In this document: in pieces, positions 1-9,707 of the stretch
Layout: the number at the start of each line of letters is the position of its first letter
How positions within the stretch are numbered: the first letter of the stretch is position 1
Source: Eubacteriales bacterium
GTDB taxonomy: Bacteria; Bacillota; Clostridia; Christensenellales; Aristaeellaceae
NCBI GenBank assembly: GCA_034104265.1
Contig: JAXEEE010000058.1
Span: forward strand, 1,729-65,728
Length of the DNA: 64,000 nucleotides
Direction of reading: 5' to 3'
Translations under genes and position numbers: made by a program
Notes under the pieces: generated by a model
Seen by the model: the letters and a program-made list of their open reading frames with translations, nothing else
Databases searched by the model: none
What the model was told of the DNA's origin: nothing

Positions 1-210
1 GTTATCTACCCGAACCTGATGAAGCTGGACTACGACAACGCCCGCACCCGGGCCTCGGCGGACTTCTCATCAGGTGCGCCGGAGGATCGACGCTCGCCCG
101 CCGAGCTGTTCGGGGACTTCTATGCCCTGCAGAACGGACAGCCCATGTCCGAGGTGCAGCGGGCCTATGTGCTCCGCCTGTTGGAGCGACTGACGGAGGA
201 AGAACGATGA
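1..210 (+). CDS. sbcD: Exonuclease SbcCD nuclease subunit SbcD, C-terminal fragment; the 5' end lies outside the window
   Basis: Frame 1 is open from base 1. The stop overlaps the sbcC start (ATGA at 207-210). Position directly upstream of sbcC fits the sbcDC operon. Identity rests mostly on synteny. Confidence 0.6.
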   Translation, partial: VIYPNLMKLDYDNARTRASADFSSGAPEDRRSPAELFGDFYALQNGQPMSEVQRAYVLRLLERLTEEER

Positions 211-2975
211 AGCCGCTTGTGCTGACCATGTCCGCCTTCGGCCCCTATGCAGGGCTGGAAAGGCTTGAAATGTCCCGCCTGGGTGATGAGGGACTGTACC
301 TTATCTGCGGCGATACAGGCGCGGGCAAGACCACCATCTTTGACGCGATCACCTATGCCCTGTACGGCAGACCCAGCGGCAGCGTCCGCAGCGAGAGCAT
401 GCTGCGCAGCCAGTACGCCGCGCCGGATACACCGACCTATGTGGAGCTGACCTTCTCCTCCGGTGACAGGGTGTATGTCATCCGCCGGAATCCCGAGTAC
501 GAGCGGCCAGCCCGGCGGGGCGGCGGCACCGCCACGGAAAAGGCCTCCGTCACGCTGGACATGGGGGATGGACGCATCATCACCCGCCGGGATGAAGCCA
601 ATGCTGCCATCGAGGCCATCCTTGGGCTGACAAGGGAGCAGTTCTCCCAGGTGGCCATGATTGCCCAGGGCGATTTTCTGCGCCTGCTGCTGGCAGGCAC
701 CCAGGAGCGCATGGCCATCTTTCGGAAGATCTTCTCCACGGAGCTGTTCGAGCGCATGCAGCAATCCCTGCGCAGCGACGCCAACGCGCTGATCCGCCAG
801 TACGAGGCTCTCCAGGCGGGGCTGCGGCAGTCCATTGCCGGCTTCTCCTGCCCGGACGACGCGCCCCAGGCTGAAGCGCTCCGGCTGGCCCGGGAGGGCC
901 GCATGCCCGAGGAGGAAGCGCTGCAGGCGGCAGACGCGCTGATCCTCTCGGACGAGGCGCAGCTGAAGGATACAGCACAGACCCTTCAGCAGACGGAGCA
1001 GGATATCCACGATGCCACCATCCGGCTGACCGTGGCCCAGGAGCAGGCGCGCCGGGAGCAGGCCCTTGCACAGGCACGGAAGGATCTGTCCGGGACGTCC
1101 GACGAAATGACGCGCGCGATGCGTGACCTCGATCAGGCGAAGACCAGCATTCCTCAGGCGGAAGCCATGGAGCAGCAGGCCGCCGGGATCCGCGCGACGC
1201 TCCCCCAGTATGATCAGCTGGAGGACTGCCGCCGCCGTGCAACAGACGCTGCGGGAGAAGCAGCCAGGCTGGCGGAGGAGCAGCAGCGGCTGCAAAGGGA
1301 CGCGGATCAGCTGCTGCAGGCGCTGACGGAAAACAAGGACCAGGCTGCAGAGCTGTCAGGCGCGGCAGCGGAGGCGGAGCATGCTTCGGCAGAGGTTCGC
1401 GCTGCGGAGGAAACCATGCTGCGCTTCAACGAGTTCGCCGCGCTGTGGAAGCAGGTTCATACCCTGCAGGAAGAATTTGCCGGAGCCAATGCGCGCTACC
1501 GGCAGCTGAGCGAGGAGGCAACGGCGCTTCACCGGCAGTACGCTGCGATGAACAGCGCCTTCCTGGCGGAGCAGGCGGGGATCCTGGCTGCGCAGCTGGA
1601 GGATGGGATGCCTTGCCCTGTGTGCGGGTCGCTGCACCATCCCGCCCGGGCATCGCTTACGGCGCAGGCTCCCTCGGAGCGGGATGTGGAAGCTGCCCGC
1701 CTGAAGGACGAAGCTGCCAGGAAGCAGGAGGATCAGGCAGGCCGGGCGGCCCAGGAGATCAACGGCAAGCTGCTGGCCAGCCGGGAACAGCTTGTTCAGC
1801 AGGCAAAGCTGCTGCTGGATACCGGCGATATGGACGCCATGCCCGCTGCCTACAAGGAACGCAAGGCTGCGCTGAATGCCCGTCGTGACGCTGCCCTGGA
1901 TGCGCGGAAGAAGGCCGCCGGCCGTGCTGATACGGCACGTCGGCTGAGCCAGCAGATCCCCCAGCAGGAGAAGCAGTATGCCGGATTGACGGCACGCATG
2001 AGCGCGGCTGCCTCCGCCATGGCGGAAAAGCAATCCGCTGCCGCACAGCTGGATCGGCAAATCCGCACCCTGCAGGCTGGTTTGCCCCATGCGGGCCGTC
2101 AGAAGGCCGAAGCAGAGGCGGACAGGCTGGCAGGTCAGGCGGCGGCTCTGCGCAATGCCCTTCAGCAGGCAGAGGTACAGTGTCAGACCATGCAGACCCG
2201 CAAGGCTGCGCTGGAGGGGCACATCCGCGCCCTGGAGGCGCAGCAGCAGACCGGGGCTCCCTGTGACGAGCAGGCGGAGCGCACCGTGCTGGAGTCCCTC
2301 ACCCTGCGCAAGCAGCAGCTGCAGGCACAGCAGCAGCGTCTGGCCTCCCGGCTGGAGGTCAACCGCCGGATGCTGCACAGCGCCCGGGCGCAGGCGGAGG
2401 AATGGCAGCGCTGCGGAGAACGGCGGGTATGGCTGGAGGCGCTGGCGGATACGGCCAACGGGCGGCTCACCGGGAAGGAGCGGGTCATGCTGGAAACCTA
2501 TGTGCAGATGGCCTGCTTTGACCGGGTGCTGCGCTACGCCAATACGCGCCTGATGGTGATGACCGGCGGTCAGTACGAGCTTCTCCGCCGCAAGGAGGCC
2601 GCGAACCGCCAAAGCTACAGCGGCCTAGAGCTTGATGTGCTGGATCATTACAACGGCACCACCCGCAGCGTAGCGAGCCTGTCCGGCGGCGAATCCTTCA
2701 AGGCGTCCCTGTCTCTGGCGCTAGGCATGTCCGACGCCATTCAGGCCTCCGCCGGCGGCGTGCGGCTGGACACCATGTTTGTGGACGAAGGCTTTGGCTC
2801 CCTGGATGAGGAATCCCTTGAAAAGGCGCTGCAGGCGCTGAGCAGCCTGAGCCAGGGGCATCGGCTTGTGGGGCTTATTTCCCATGTGGGCGCACTGAAG
2901 GATCGCATTGACAAGCGCATTGTTGTGGTGAAGCAGCGCAGCGGCGGAAGCCACGCGTCCATCGTGGCGGAATGA
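207..2975 (+). CDS. sbcC: Exonuclease SbcCD ATPase subunit SbcC (Rad50/SMC-like)
   Basis: N-terminal Walker A (GDTGAGKTT). Long Ala/Gln/Glu-rich coiled coil with a central zinc hook (CPVCGS). C-terminal signature and Walker B (LSGGE...FVDEGFGSLD). Confidence 0.9.
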   Translation: MKPLVLTMSAFGPYAGLERLEMSRLGDEGLYLICGDTGAGKTTIFDAITYALYGRPSGSVRSESMLRSQYAAPDTPTYVELTFSSGDRVYVIRRNPEYERPARRGGGTATEKASVTLDMGDGRIITRRDEANAAIEAILGLTREQFSQVAMIAQGDFLRLLLAGTQERMAIFRKIFSTELFERMQQSLRSDANALIRQYEALQAGLRQSIAGFSCPDDAPQAEALRLAREGRMPEEEALQAADALILSDEAQLKDTAQTLQQTEQDIHDATIRLTVAQEQARREQALAQARKDLSGTSDEMTRAMRDLDQAKTSIPQAEAMEQQAAGIRATLPQYDQLEDCRRRATDAAGEAARLAEEQQRLQRDADQLLQALTENKDQAAELSGAAAEAEHASAEVRAAEETMLRFNEFAALWKQVHTLQEEFAGANARYRQLSEEATALHRQYAAMNSAFLAEQAGILAAQLEDGMPCPVCGSLHHPARASLTAQAPSERDVEAARLKDEAARKQEDQAGRAAQEINGKLLASREQLVQQAKLLLDTGDMDAMPAAYKERKAALNARRDAALDARKKAAGRADTARRLSQQIPQQEKQYAGLTARMSAAASAMAEKQSAAAQLDRQIRTLQAGLPHAGRQKAEAEADRLAGQAAALRNALQQAEVQCQTMQTRKAALEGHIRALEAQQQTGAPCDEQAERTVLESLTLRKQQLQAQQQRLASRLEVNRRMLHSARAQAEEWQRCGERRVWLEALADTANGRLTGKERVMLETYVQMACFDRVLRYANTRLMVMTGGQYELLRRKEAANRQSYSGLELDVLDHYNGTTRSVASLSGGESFKASLSLALGMSDAIQASAGGVRLDTMFVDEGFGSLDEESLEKALQALSSLSQGHRLVGLISHVGALKDRIDKRIVVVKQRSGGSHASIVAE

Positions 2976-2986
2976 GCGCGCTTTCC

Positions 2987-3015
2987 TTGACGTCAGTTGG
3001 CATTCGTGATACAAT
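2987..3015 (+). promoter_or_regulatory. Putative sigma-A promoter for wecB-rfbD
   Basis: TTGACG (2987-2992), 17-nt spacer, TACAAT (3010-3015), preceded by TGA as an extended -10 (TGn). Confidence 0.5.
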
Positions 3016-3050
3016 AAGTAATAAATAAGCATGATTTGAGGGAATGGCTG

Positions 3051-4184
3051 ATGAAAAAGGTCATGAGCGTTTTCGGCACGCGTCCGGAGGCCATCAAGAT
3101 GGCGCCGCTGGTCAAGCAGCTTGAGCGTACGGAAGGCATCCAGAGCATAGTCTGTGTGACGGCTCAGCACAGGCAGATGCTGGATCAAGTGCTGCGCCAG
3201 TTCCAGATCACGCCCGACTATGACCTGAACCTGATGAAGGCCGGGCAGACGCTGACCTCCATCACCACGGGTGTGCTGGAGGGCCTTGGCGAGGTGCTTC
3301 AGCAGGCCAGGCCGGACATGGTGCTTGTCCATGGCGACACCACCACCTCCATGGCGGCGGCACTGGCGGCGTTCTATCAGCAGATTCCCGTGGGACACGT
3401 GGAGGCAGGCCTGCGCTCCTTTGACGCCTATTCCCCCTACCCGGAGGAGATGAACCGCTGCATCACCGGCTGCATCGCCACCCTGCATTTCGCCCCCACG
3501 AACCGCAACCGCAAAAATCTGAACCGCGAGGGCATTACCCGCAACATCCACGTGGTGGGCAATACGGTCATTGACGCGCTGCATCAGATGGTGCATGACG
3601 ATTACGTCTTTGACAGCGAGGAGGTTCGCCGTCTGCCCCTGTCGGAGGGCCGGTGGGTGGTGCTGACCGCGCACCGCCGGGAAAACCTGGGCGAGCCCCT
3701 CCGGCACATCTGCCAGGCTGTGCTTCGTCTGACGGAGGCTGTACCGGATCTGCATGTGATCTACCCCTTGCACATGAATCCCGCCGTACGGGAAACGGTA
3801 CGCAGTATCCTGGGCCATGCGGATCGGGTGCACCTGATTGAACCGCTGGAGGTTGAGGACATGCACAACCTGATGAAGCGGTCCTACATGGTGATGACGG
3901 ATTCCGGCGGCCTGCAGGAGGAAGCCCCTGCCCTGGGCAAGCCGGTGATTGTCCTGCGTACGGAGACGGAGCGCCCCGAGGTGGTGGAAGCCGGCAAGGC
4001 CATTCTTGCGGGCGTGGAGGAGGATTCCATCTTCCAGGCGGGCTATTCACTGCTGACGGACAAGCGGCGCTATCATAAAATGACAAAGGCCCTCAACCCC
4101 TATGGCGACGGACATACGTCGGAAAAGATCGCAGCCATTATCCAGGCATATTTTGCCCATCAGGCGGCAAATGAAGGAGACTGA
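3051..4184 (+). CDS. wecB: UDP-N-acetylglucosamine 2-epimerase (non-hydrolysing)
   Basis: MKKVMSVFGTRPEAIKMAPL N-terminus and family-typical motifs (HGDTTT, HVEAGLRS, DSGGLQEE). The ATG at 3051 follows GAGGGA; the TTG at 3036 in the ORF track is less likely. Confidence 0.9.
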   Translation: MKKVMSVFGTRPEAIKMAPLVKQLERTEGIQSIVCVTAQHRQMLDQVLRQFQITPDYDLNLMKAGQTLTSITTGVLEGLGEVLQQARPDMVLVHGDTTTSMAAALAAFYQQIPVGHVEAGLRSFDAYSPYPEEMNRCITGCIATLHFAPTNRNRKNLNREGITRNIHVVGNTVIDALHQMVHDDYVFDSEEVRRLPLSEGRWVVLTAHRRENLGEPLRHICQAVLRLTEAVPDLHVIYPLHMNPAVRETVRSILGHADRVHLIEPLEVEDMHNLMKRSYMVMTDSGGLQEEAPALGKPVIVLRTETERPEVVEAGKAILAGVEEDSIFQAGYSLLTDKRRYHKMTKALNPYGDGHTSEKIAAIIQAYFAHQAANEGD

Positions 4185-4187
4185 AGC

Positions 4188-5102
4188 ATGAAAATCTTTG
4201 TGACCGGCGTGGCCGGACAACTGGGCCATGATGTGATGAACGAGCTGGCCCGGCGCGGGCATCAGGGGGTGGGCAGCGACCTGGCTCCGGCATACAGCGG
4301 CATTGACGATGGTTCCTATGTGACGGGCGCACCGTATGTGTCCATGGACATTACCGATGAACAGGCTGTCGCGCAGACGCTGCAGGCTGTGAGGCCGGAT
4401 GCGGTCATTCACTGCGCCGCCTGGACGGCCGTTGACGCTGCCGAGGACGACGACAAGCGGGACAAGGTATACGCCATCAACGTGTCCGGTACGGAGCATG
4501 TGGCCCGTGCCTGCAAGGCGCTGGACTGTAAAATGATGTACATCAGCACGGATTATGTCTTCAACGGGCAAGGCGACACGCCCTGGGAGCCCGACTGCCA
4601 GGACTACGCGCCCCTGTCCGTCTATGGGCAGACCAAGCTGGAGGGCGAGCTGGCGGTCAGCGGGCTGCTGCGGAAATTCTTCATTGTGCGGATTGCCTGG
4701 GTTTTTGGACTGAACGGCAAAAACTTTGTGAAAACCATGCTGAACCTCAGCCAGCGTTTCAGCAGCCTGCGGGTGGTCAGCGACCAGATTGGCACCCCCA
4801 CCTACACCCTTGACCTGGCGCGGCTGCTGGTGGACATGATCGAAACCGACCGCTACGGCTACTACCACGCCACCAACGAGGGCGGGTACATCTCCTGGTA
4901 CGACTTTGCCTGCGAGATTTTCCGCCAGGCGGGCAGGCAGGTGCAGGTGACGCCAGTTACCACGGCGGAGTACGGCCTGTCGAAGGCAGTCCGGCCCTTC
5001 AACAGCCGCCTGGACAAGCGCAAGCTGGCGGAGAACGGCTTCACCCCCCTGCCCCCCTGGCAGGACGCCCTGGCCCGGTACCTGAAGGAAATCGGCGAAT
5101 AA
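4188..5102 (+). CDS. rfbD: dTDP-4-dehydrorhamnose reductase
   Basis: MKIFVTGVAGQLG Rossmann N-terminus, a YGQTK catalytic motif, and RmlD-like length (304 aa). Confidence 0.9.
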   Translation: MKIFVTGVAGQLGHDVMNELARRGHQGVGSDLAPAYSGIDDGSYVTGAPYVSMDITDEQAVAQTLQAVRPDAVIHCAAWTAVDAAEDDDKRDKVYAINVSGTEHVARACKALDCKMMYISTDYVFNGQGDTPWEPDCQDYAPLSVYGQTKLEGELAVSGLLRKFFIVRIAWVFGLNGKNFVKTMLNLSQRFSSLRVVSDQIGTPTYTLDLARLLVDMIETDRYGYYHATNEGGYISWYDFACEIFRQAGRQVQVTPVTTAEYGLSKAVRPFNSRLDKRKLAENGFTPLPPWQDALARYLKEIGE

Positions 5103-5114
5103 AGTGTCCATATG

Positions 5115-5149
5115 AAAAATCGTCCGCTGACATGCAGCGGACGATTTTT
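5115..5149. terminator. Bidirectional rho-independent terminator between convergent rfbD and gtrA
   Basis: Perfect 15-bp inverted repeat AAAAATCGTCCGCTG / CAGCGGACGATTTTT with a 5-nt loop. An A-tract on one side and a T-tract on the other. Confidence 0.8.
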
Positions 5150-5160
5150 CATGCCTGGAT

Positions 5161-5670
5161 TCACTTCTTGCCTGCGAAGGCCCAGAATTTGTTCATGAGG
5201 AAGTTCAGCGGGATGGTGATGATCAGCGTGGACAGGCTGGCGATCCAGAACGGTACGCCCACGCCCACCAGCCATACCTTGGCCGCCGGGGCCAGGATCA
5301 GGCCCGTCAGCGCATAGCAGGCGGCAGTCTTCAGGTAGGCGCGGGCATGTTCCCCGGCTGTCTTTTTCCCCTGCCCGAAGACGTAGCGGTTGTTCCAATA
5401 ATAGGCGTTGGTCACGCTGATGACGAAGGAAAGCGCCGTCACCACGATTACCCGGAGCTGCTCGCCTGTGACCGTCAGGCCCATGCCCGCCAGCAGCGAT
5501 ACCGTCCCCGGGAATGTGCTTGAGCTGAACAGCACATAGTAGCCCAGCATCTCCACCGCATAGGAGATCAGCGTGTTGGATACGCCCACCAGCCCGAACT
5601 TGATGAACTGGATCAGCGGAGCAAGGCTGCTTGCCTCCAGCCGCGCCATCAGCTGCCTGAGTTTCTGCAT
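5161..5670 (-). CDS. GtrA-family membrane protein (polyprenyl-linked sugar handling)
   Basis: FIKFGLVGVSNTLISY motif and four predicted TM segments. The ATG at 5670 follows GGAAGGAAGGA. The alternative start at 5697 would overlap the upstream GT2 gene. Confidence 0.8.
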   Translation of the reverse strand: MQKLRQLMARLEASSLAPLIQFIKFGLVGVSNTLISYAVEMLGYYVLFSSSTFPGTVSLLAGMGLTVTGEQLRVIVVTALSFVISVTNAYYWNNRYVFGQGKKTAGEHARAYLKTAACYALTGLILAPAAKVWLVGVGVPFWIASLSTLIITIPLNFLMNKFWAFAGKK

Positions 5671-5689
5671 GGGAATCCTTCCTTCCGGC

Positions 5690-6652
5690 TCAGTCATCCG
5701 TCGTGTTCAACACCTGCTCAATGATGAAGCGCGGCCGGGCCTTGGTTTCGCTGTATATTTTGCCCACATACTCCCCGATCACGCCCAGGCTCAGAAGCTG
5801 AATGCCGCCGATAAGCCAGATGGAGCCCATCAGGGACGTCCAGCCTGCCACGGAGCTGCCCGTCACACGGGCAATCAGCGCCCAAAGAAGCATCAGCAGG
5901 CTGATGACAAACACCACCGCGCCCAGGTTCAGGATCATGCGCATGGGCTTGACGCTGAAGGAGGTGATGCCGTCGAAGGCGAAGGCCAGCATCTTCTTCA
6001 GCGGATACTTGCTCTCCCCCGCGAAGCGCTCATGACGCTCATACTCCACCGTCGTCCAGGGATAGCCGATCTGCGGCACGATGCCCCGCAGGAACAGGTT
6101 GACCTCCTTGAACTCCGACAGCCCCTGCAGCGCCCGCTTGCTCATCAGGCGGTAATCCGCGTGGTTGAACACAATGTCCACGCCCAGCAGCTTCATCAGC
6201 TTGTAAAAGCTCTCGGCGGTGAAGCGCTTGAAGAAGGTGTCGGTCTTGCGGGAGGAGCGCACGCCGTAGACGATGTCGTAGCCGTTGTGATAGGCGTCCA
6301 CCATGGCATCCATGGCCTTGATATCATCCTGCAGGTCGGCGTCCATGGAGATCACCATATCCGCGAAATTCATGGCGGTCATCAGCCCGGCCAGCAGCGC
6401 GTTTTGATGGCCACGGTTCCGCGACAGGTTCACGCCGGAGAACAGCCTGTCCTCCTGATGCAGCCGGGCGATAATCTCCCAGGTGCGATCCTTGGAGCCG
6501 TCGTTGACAAACATCACCCGGCTGTCCGGGGCGATGCGGCCCTGCTCCACCAGCGCGGCCATCTTGCTTTTCAGCCGCCGGGCGGTTTCCGGCAGAACCT
6601 CCTCCTCCTTGTAGCAGGGAATCACCACATAAAGCGTCTTGGCATCCTTCAT
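5690..6652 (-). CDS. Family 2 glycosyltransferase, GtrB-like polyprenyl-phosphate glycosyltransferase
   Basis: N-terminal VVIPCYKEEE and DGSKD/DADLQD motifs. Two C-terminal TM helices are typical of GtrB/DPM1-like enzymes. Lies adjacent to gtrA. Confidence 0.85.
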   Translation of the reverse strand: MKDAKTLYVVIPCYKEEEVLPETARRLKSKMAALVEQGRIAPDSRVMFVNDGSKDRTWEIIARLHQEDRLFSGVNLSRNRGHQNALLAGLMTAMNFADMVISMDADLQDDIKAMDAMVDAYHNGYDIVYGVRSSRKTDTFFKRFTAESFYKLMKLLGVDIVFNHADYRLMSKRALQGLSEFKEVNLFLRGIVPQIGYPWTTVEYERHERFAGESKYPLKKMLAFAFDGITSFSVKPMRMILNLGAVVFVISLLMLLWALIARVTGSSVAGWTSLMGSIWLIGGIQLLSLGVIGEYVGKIYSETKARPRFIIEQVLNTTDD

Positions 6653-6769
6653 GAAAAGAATTACCTCCTTGTACCAGGCCTTCGCTCATTCAACGCGGTA
6701 TCGGACGGAATTCATGCTTTCGGGTAGATACAGAAAGCGTACTACGACCTTCTCTCCTTGTCAAGCCAC

Positions 6770-6800
6770 GAAAAAGGAGCATGACCCGCGCCATGCTCCT
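6770..6800 (-). terminator. Rho-independent terminator after the LbH gene
   Basis: On the minus strand: AGGAGCATG, 8-nt loop, CATGCTCCT, followed by TTTTT. Confidence 0.6.
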
Positions 6801-6814
6801 GTCCCGACAGCTGC

Positions 6815-7483
6815 TTACGCCTGATCGCGCTTGTGAACCACCACGCCGCCGGTCTTCCAGATGGACCTCTCCGGCACAACGCCGCGCACGCAGCTCAGGG
6901 GATAGATATTGCTGTTGCGGCCGATCACCGTGCCGGGATTCAGCACGCTGTTGCAGCCCACCTCCACGTGATCACCCAGCATTGCGCCCATCTTCTTCAG
7001 CCCGGTGGGCACGTCCTCGCCTTGACCGTGGACAACCACGGGGGTCTTGTCGCTTTTCACGTTGGAGGTAATGGAGCCAGCGCCCATGTGGCTGTAATAA
7101 CCAAGGATGCTGTCGCCCACGTAGTTGTAATGGGGCGTCTGCACATGGTCGAATAGGATTACGTTCTTCAGTTCCACCGAGTTGCCCACCACGCAGTTCT
7201 CACCCACCAGCGCCGCGCCGCGAATGAACGCGCAGTGCCGCACCTCCGTGTTTGCGCCGATGATGCAGGGTGCGCCCAGATAGGCTGTGGGGGCCACGGC
7301 AGCGGTTTTGTGCACCCACACCTGGGGCGATACCTGCGTGTATTCCGCCGGATCCAGCGTTTCGCCCAGGCGGACGATCATTTCCTTGATGCCGGAAAGC
7401 GCCTCCCAGGGCCAGGTGAACTGCGCCAGGTATTCCCCAGCCAGGGTGTGGTCAAGATCATACAGCTCGCGAATGGTGAGCAT
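6815..7483 (-). CDS. Left-handed beta-helix (hexapeptide repeat) transferase, GlmU/nucleotidyl- or acyl-transferase-like
   Basis: Hexapeptide-repeat periodicity (IGANTEVRHCAFIRGAALVGENCVVGNSVELKNVIL...). The true start MLTIREL at 7483 follows GGAGGAAC. The 393-aa ORF in the track is an artefactual upstream extension. Confidence 0.75.
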   Translation of the reverse strand: MLTIRELYDLDHTLAGEYLAQFTWPWEALSGIKEMIVRLGETLDPAEYTQVSPQVWVHKTAAVAPTAYLGAPCIIGANTEVRHCAFIRGAALVGENCVVGNSVELKNVILFDHVQTPHYNYVGDSILGYYSHMGAGSITSNVKSDKTPVVVHGQGEDVPTGLKKMGAMLGDHVEVGCNSVLNPGTVIGRNSNIYPLSCVRGVVPERSIWKTGGVVVHKRDQA

Positions 7484-7965
7484 TACGGTTCCTCCTTCGA
7501 ATGATGGAATGCAGCGCGGAGCCTGCCGGCAAGCCATGCAGCTGCGACACCCAGCAGCGCACCGGAAGCGTCCACCAGCACATCGGTGAACTGCGCGCTT
7601 CGTGCGCTGACCAGGGATTGGTGAAGCTCGTCCGTGGCGGCATAGGCCACGGCCAGCATCCAGCCAAGGACGCCTGCGTGGCGGCAGCCGTAGCTGGCAG
7701 CCAGCATGCGGATCAGCAGGGCCAGCAGGGCGTACTCCCCCACATGAGCAGCCTTGCGTACTATCAGCTGCAGCGTCCAGTACAGCGTGTCCGCCTCCTT
7801 GGCGGAGAGGGCGCGCACTCGCCGGATCAGCCGGAGCAGGGGCAGCACGATGCTGTCGCTGCTGGCGGTGGACACATCGCCCGTCTGGGCGGACAGGAGG
7901 AAGATCACGACCGCCATGCCGATCACGCCAAGCCACAGCGCCATGCGCAGGATACGTTGCTTCAC
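7483..7965 (-). CDS. VanZ-family membrane protein
   Basis: Small four-TM protein with a VanZ-like motif (RKAAHVGEYALLALL ... ATDELHQ). GTG start after GAGGT. TAATG overlap with the downstream LbH gene. Confidence 0.8.
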   Translation of the reverse strand: MKQRILRMALWLGVIGMAVVIFLLSAQTGDVSTASSDSIVLPLLRLIRRVRALSAKEADTLYWTLQLIVRKAAHVGEYALLALLIRMLAASYGCRHAGVLGWMLAVAYAATDELHQSLVSARSAQFTDVLVDASGALLGVAAAWLAGRLRAAFHHSKEEP

Positions 7966-8030
7966 CCCTGGTTACCTCGCTCGATATAGATTCCATGCCA
8001 TCCGCCGGTATTCCTGCCTGCCCGGAATCT

Positions 8031-9707
8031 TTACCCCTCGGATACCGCGTAGCTGCGCACGCCGATCCGCTTCAGCAGCAGATACCCCAGCGATGCCTCC
8101 GCAGCCAGGACGGCCAGCACAGCAACCAGACGCAGCAGGGGCTGACCCGGCGCCAGATACCACACTCCGCCCCAGGCTGCGCAGGGCAGCAGAAGCAGGA
8201 TCAGCACGGCCAGCATGCTCCACATGACATTCATGCTCTGCTTGATGGCCTGGGTTTCGTTGATCCAGTCGTAGTTGGGATGAATGGCGTCGATGGTCAG
8301 GGACAAGGCGCAGCAGGCATAGTTCATGGCCAGCGTCAGCAGGAGGCCCGGCAGCAGCCAAAGGGCGTAGCGGCCCAGCAGCACTGAGCAGATGCCGCCC
8401 GTGACCAGTGCGGCCAGCTGGTTGATGGACATACCCATCAGCAGCTTGGCGTTCAGCTGGGTTGCGGGGGTGACGGGCATCATGCGGTACAGGTCGTGAT
8501 GCTTGCCCTCCCGTGTGACGGCGGTGGAGACGGCCGGATTGATCCAGCAACCGATGGACATCAGCAGCGCGCCCAGCAGAAGAAGATCCGTGCCGGGGAT
8601 CATGCCCAGCAGCCCGCGCACCTCCTGCATTACGACGCTCAGCGCGTCCGTGGAAGAGATGCTGACGAGCATGACGATCATCATCAGCGGCATGAAGATC
8701 ACGCTGCCCAGGCTGTTGAAGGCATAGGTGGGCGTGCGGAGAACCTCCATGCACTCCCGACGGTACAGGCTGACCAGCTGGCTGTGCTGCCGTTCCGCCG
8801 TCCGTTCTGCACGGTGGCTCCGCCTGCGGGCAGCCTGCTCACTCTGGCGGATGCAGTCGTTCAGATAGCGGCCGCCCATCAGGGCGACGACGGCGCCCAG
8901 GCTTCCCACAGACACCAGCACGAACAATCCAAAGCCTGCCCAATCACCGGCAAGACCATTCACGGCCCAGCGCAGCGGCGGCATGGCGGAGGTGATGGTA
9001 TCCACCAGACCGGTTCGGCTCAAAAGAATCGTCACGAAGAACATCACGCCCGCGTTCTCCGGGATCCGGGGCAGCACGGACAGCTCCACGCTCAGCACCA
9101 CCAGCATCAGCACGATGGAGCCGACCATGATCAGCACTTCCTTGTGCCGGGCAATGCCGGTGAAGCGCGTGAGCAGTGCGGAGAGCAGCGTCGTGACCGC
9201 CACGGGCAGCGCGACGCTCAGCATCAGCGTCACCACGGCCCGGAACCAGTAGTCCACGCCGCCGCCCAGGTGCAGGCCCAGCAGCACCAGCGAGGGCAGC
9301 ATCAGCATCAGATTGATGCCCATCTCCCCCAGGCATACCTCCGTCAGCCGGGCGGACATCACTGTGCGGGAGGTGACGGGCAGGCTGGCCAGCCATGCCG
9401 TGTCCCTGTTGAAGTACAGCTTGGCCAGTGCATGGAAGGCGCTGAACACCAGCGTGCAGAGCATGCACAGCATCATCACCAGCGTGGGCAGCAGCAGCGG
9501 CTGCCCCATGCGCACCAAAGCCTTGAACAGGTAGTTCTCGAATACGGCCAGGGCAATCGCCAGGCCAAGCAGACCCGCACCGCCCAGGATGGCCAGCAGC
9601 ACATAGCCGATGCTGATTTTGCCGGTTTTCCGGCTGGTCACGCCGGTGCGGAAGGACGCCAGGGTGTTCTTCAGGGACAGGCGCAGGAGAATGCCATAGC
9701 TCCTCAT
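8031..9707 (-). CDS. Multi-pass permease of a putative ABC exporter
   Basis: 558 aa with about 12 hydrophobic segments. ATGA-type overlap with the upstream ABC ATPase gene. No substrate can be inferred. Confidence 0.7.
   Translation of the reverse strand: MRSYGILLRLSLKNTLASFRTGVTSRKTGKISIGYVLLAILGGAGLLGLAIALAVFENYLFKALVRMGQPLLLPTLVMMLCMLCTLVFSAFHALAKLYFNRDTAWLASLPVTSRTVMSARLTEVCLGEMGINLMLMLPSLVLLGLHLGGGVDYWFRAVVTLMLSVALPVAVTTLLSALLTRFTGIARHKEVLIMVGSIVLMLVVLSVELSVLPRIPENAGVMFFVTILLSRTGLVDTITSAMPPLRWAVNGLAGDWAGFGLFVLVSVGSLGAVVALMGGRYLNDCIRQSEQAARRRSHRAERTAERQHSQLVSLYRRECMEVLRTPTYAFNSLGSVIFMPLMMIVMLVSISSTDALSVVMQEVRGLLGMIPGTDLLLLGALLMSIGCWINPAVSTAVTREGKHHDLYRMMPVTPATQLNAKLLMGMSINQLAALVTGGICSVLLGRYALWLLPGLLLTLAMNYACCALSLTIDAIHPNYDWINETQAIKQSMNVMWSMLAVLILLLLPCAAWGGVWYLAPGQPLLRLVAVLAVLAAEASLGYLLLKRIGVRSYAVSEG

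Noticed and set aside
7484-7996. N-terminal extensions of track ORFs. Affected ORFs are 6815-7996, 25265-26827, 34375-35700, 36070-37125, 44070-44486, 49769-52624, 53335-57294, 57942-58763, 17234-18112 and 59863-61647.
   Set aside because: In each case the upstream part overlaps the preceding gene or a terminator and has Arg/Gly/Pro-rich nonsense composition. A downstream ATG or GTG with a good RBS starts the recognisable protein. Shortened coordinates are used in the feature list.
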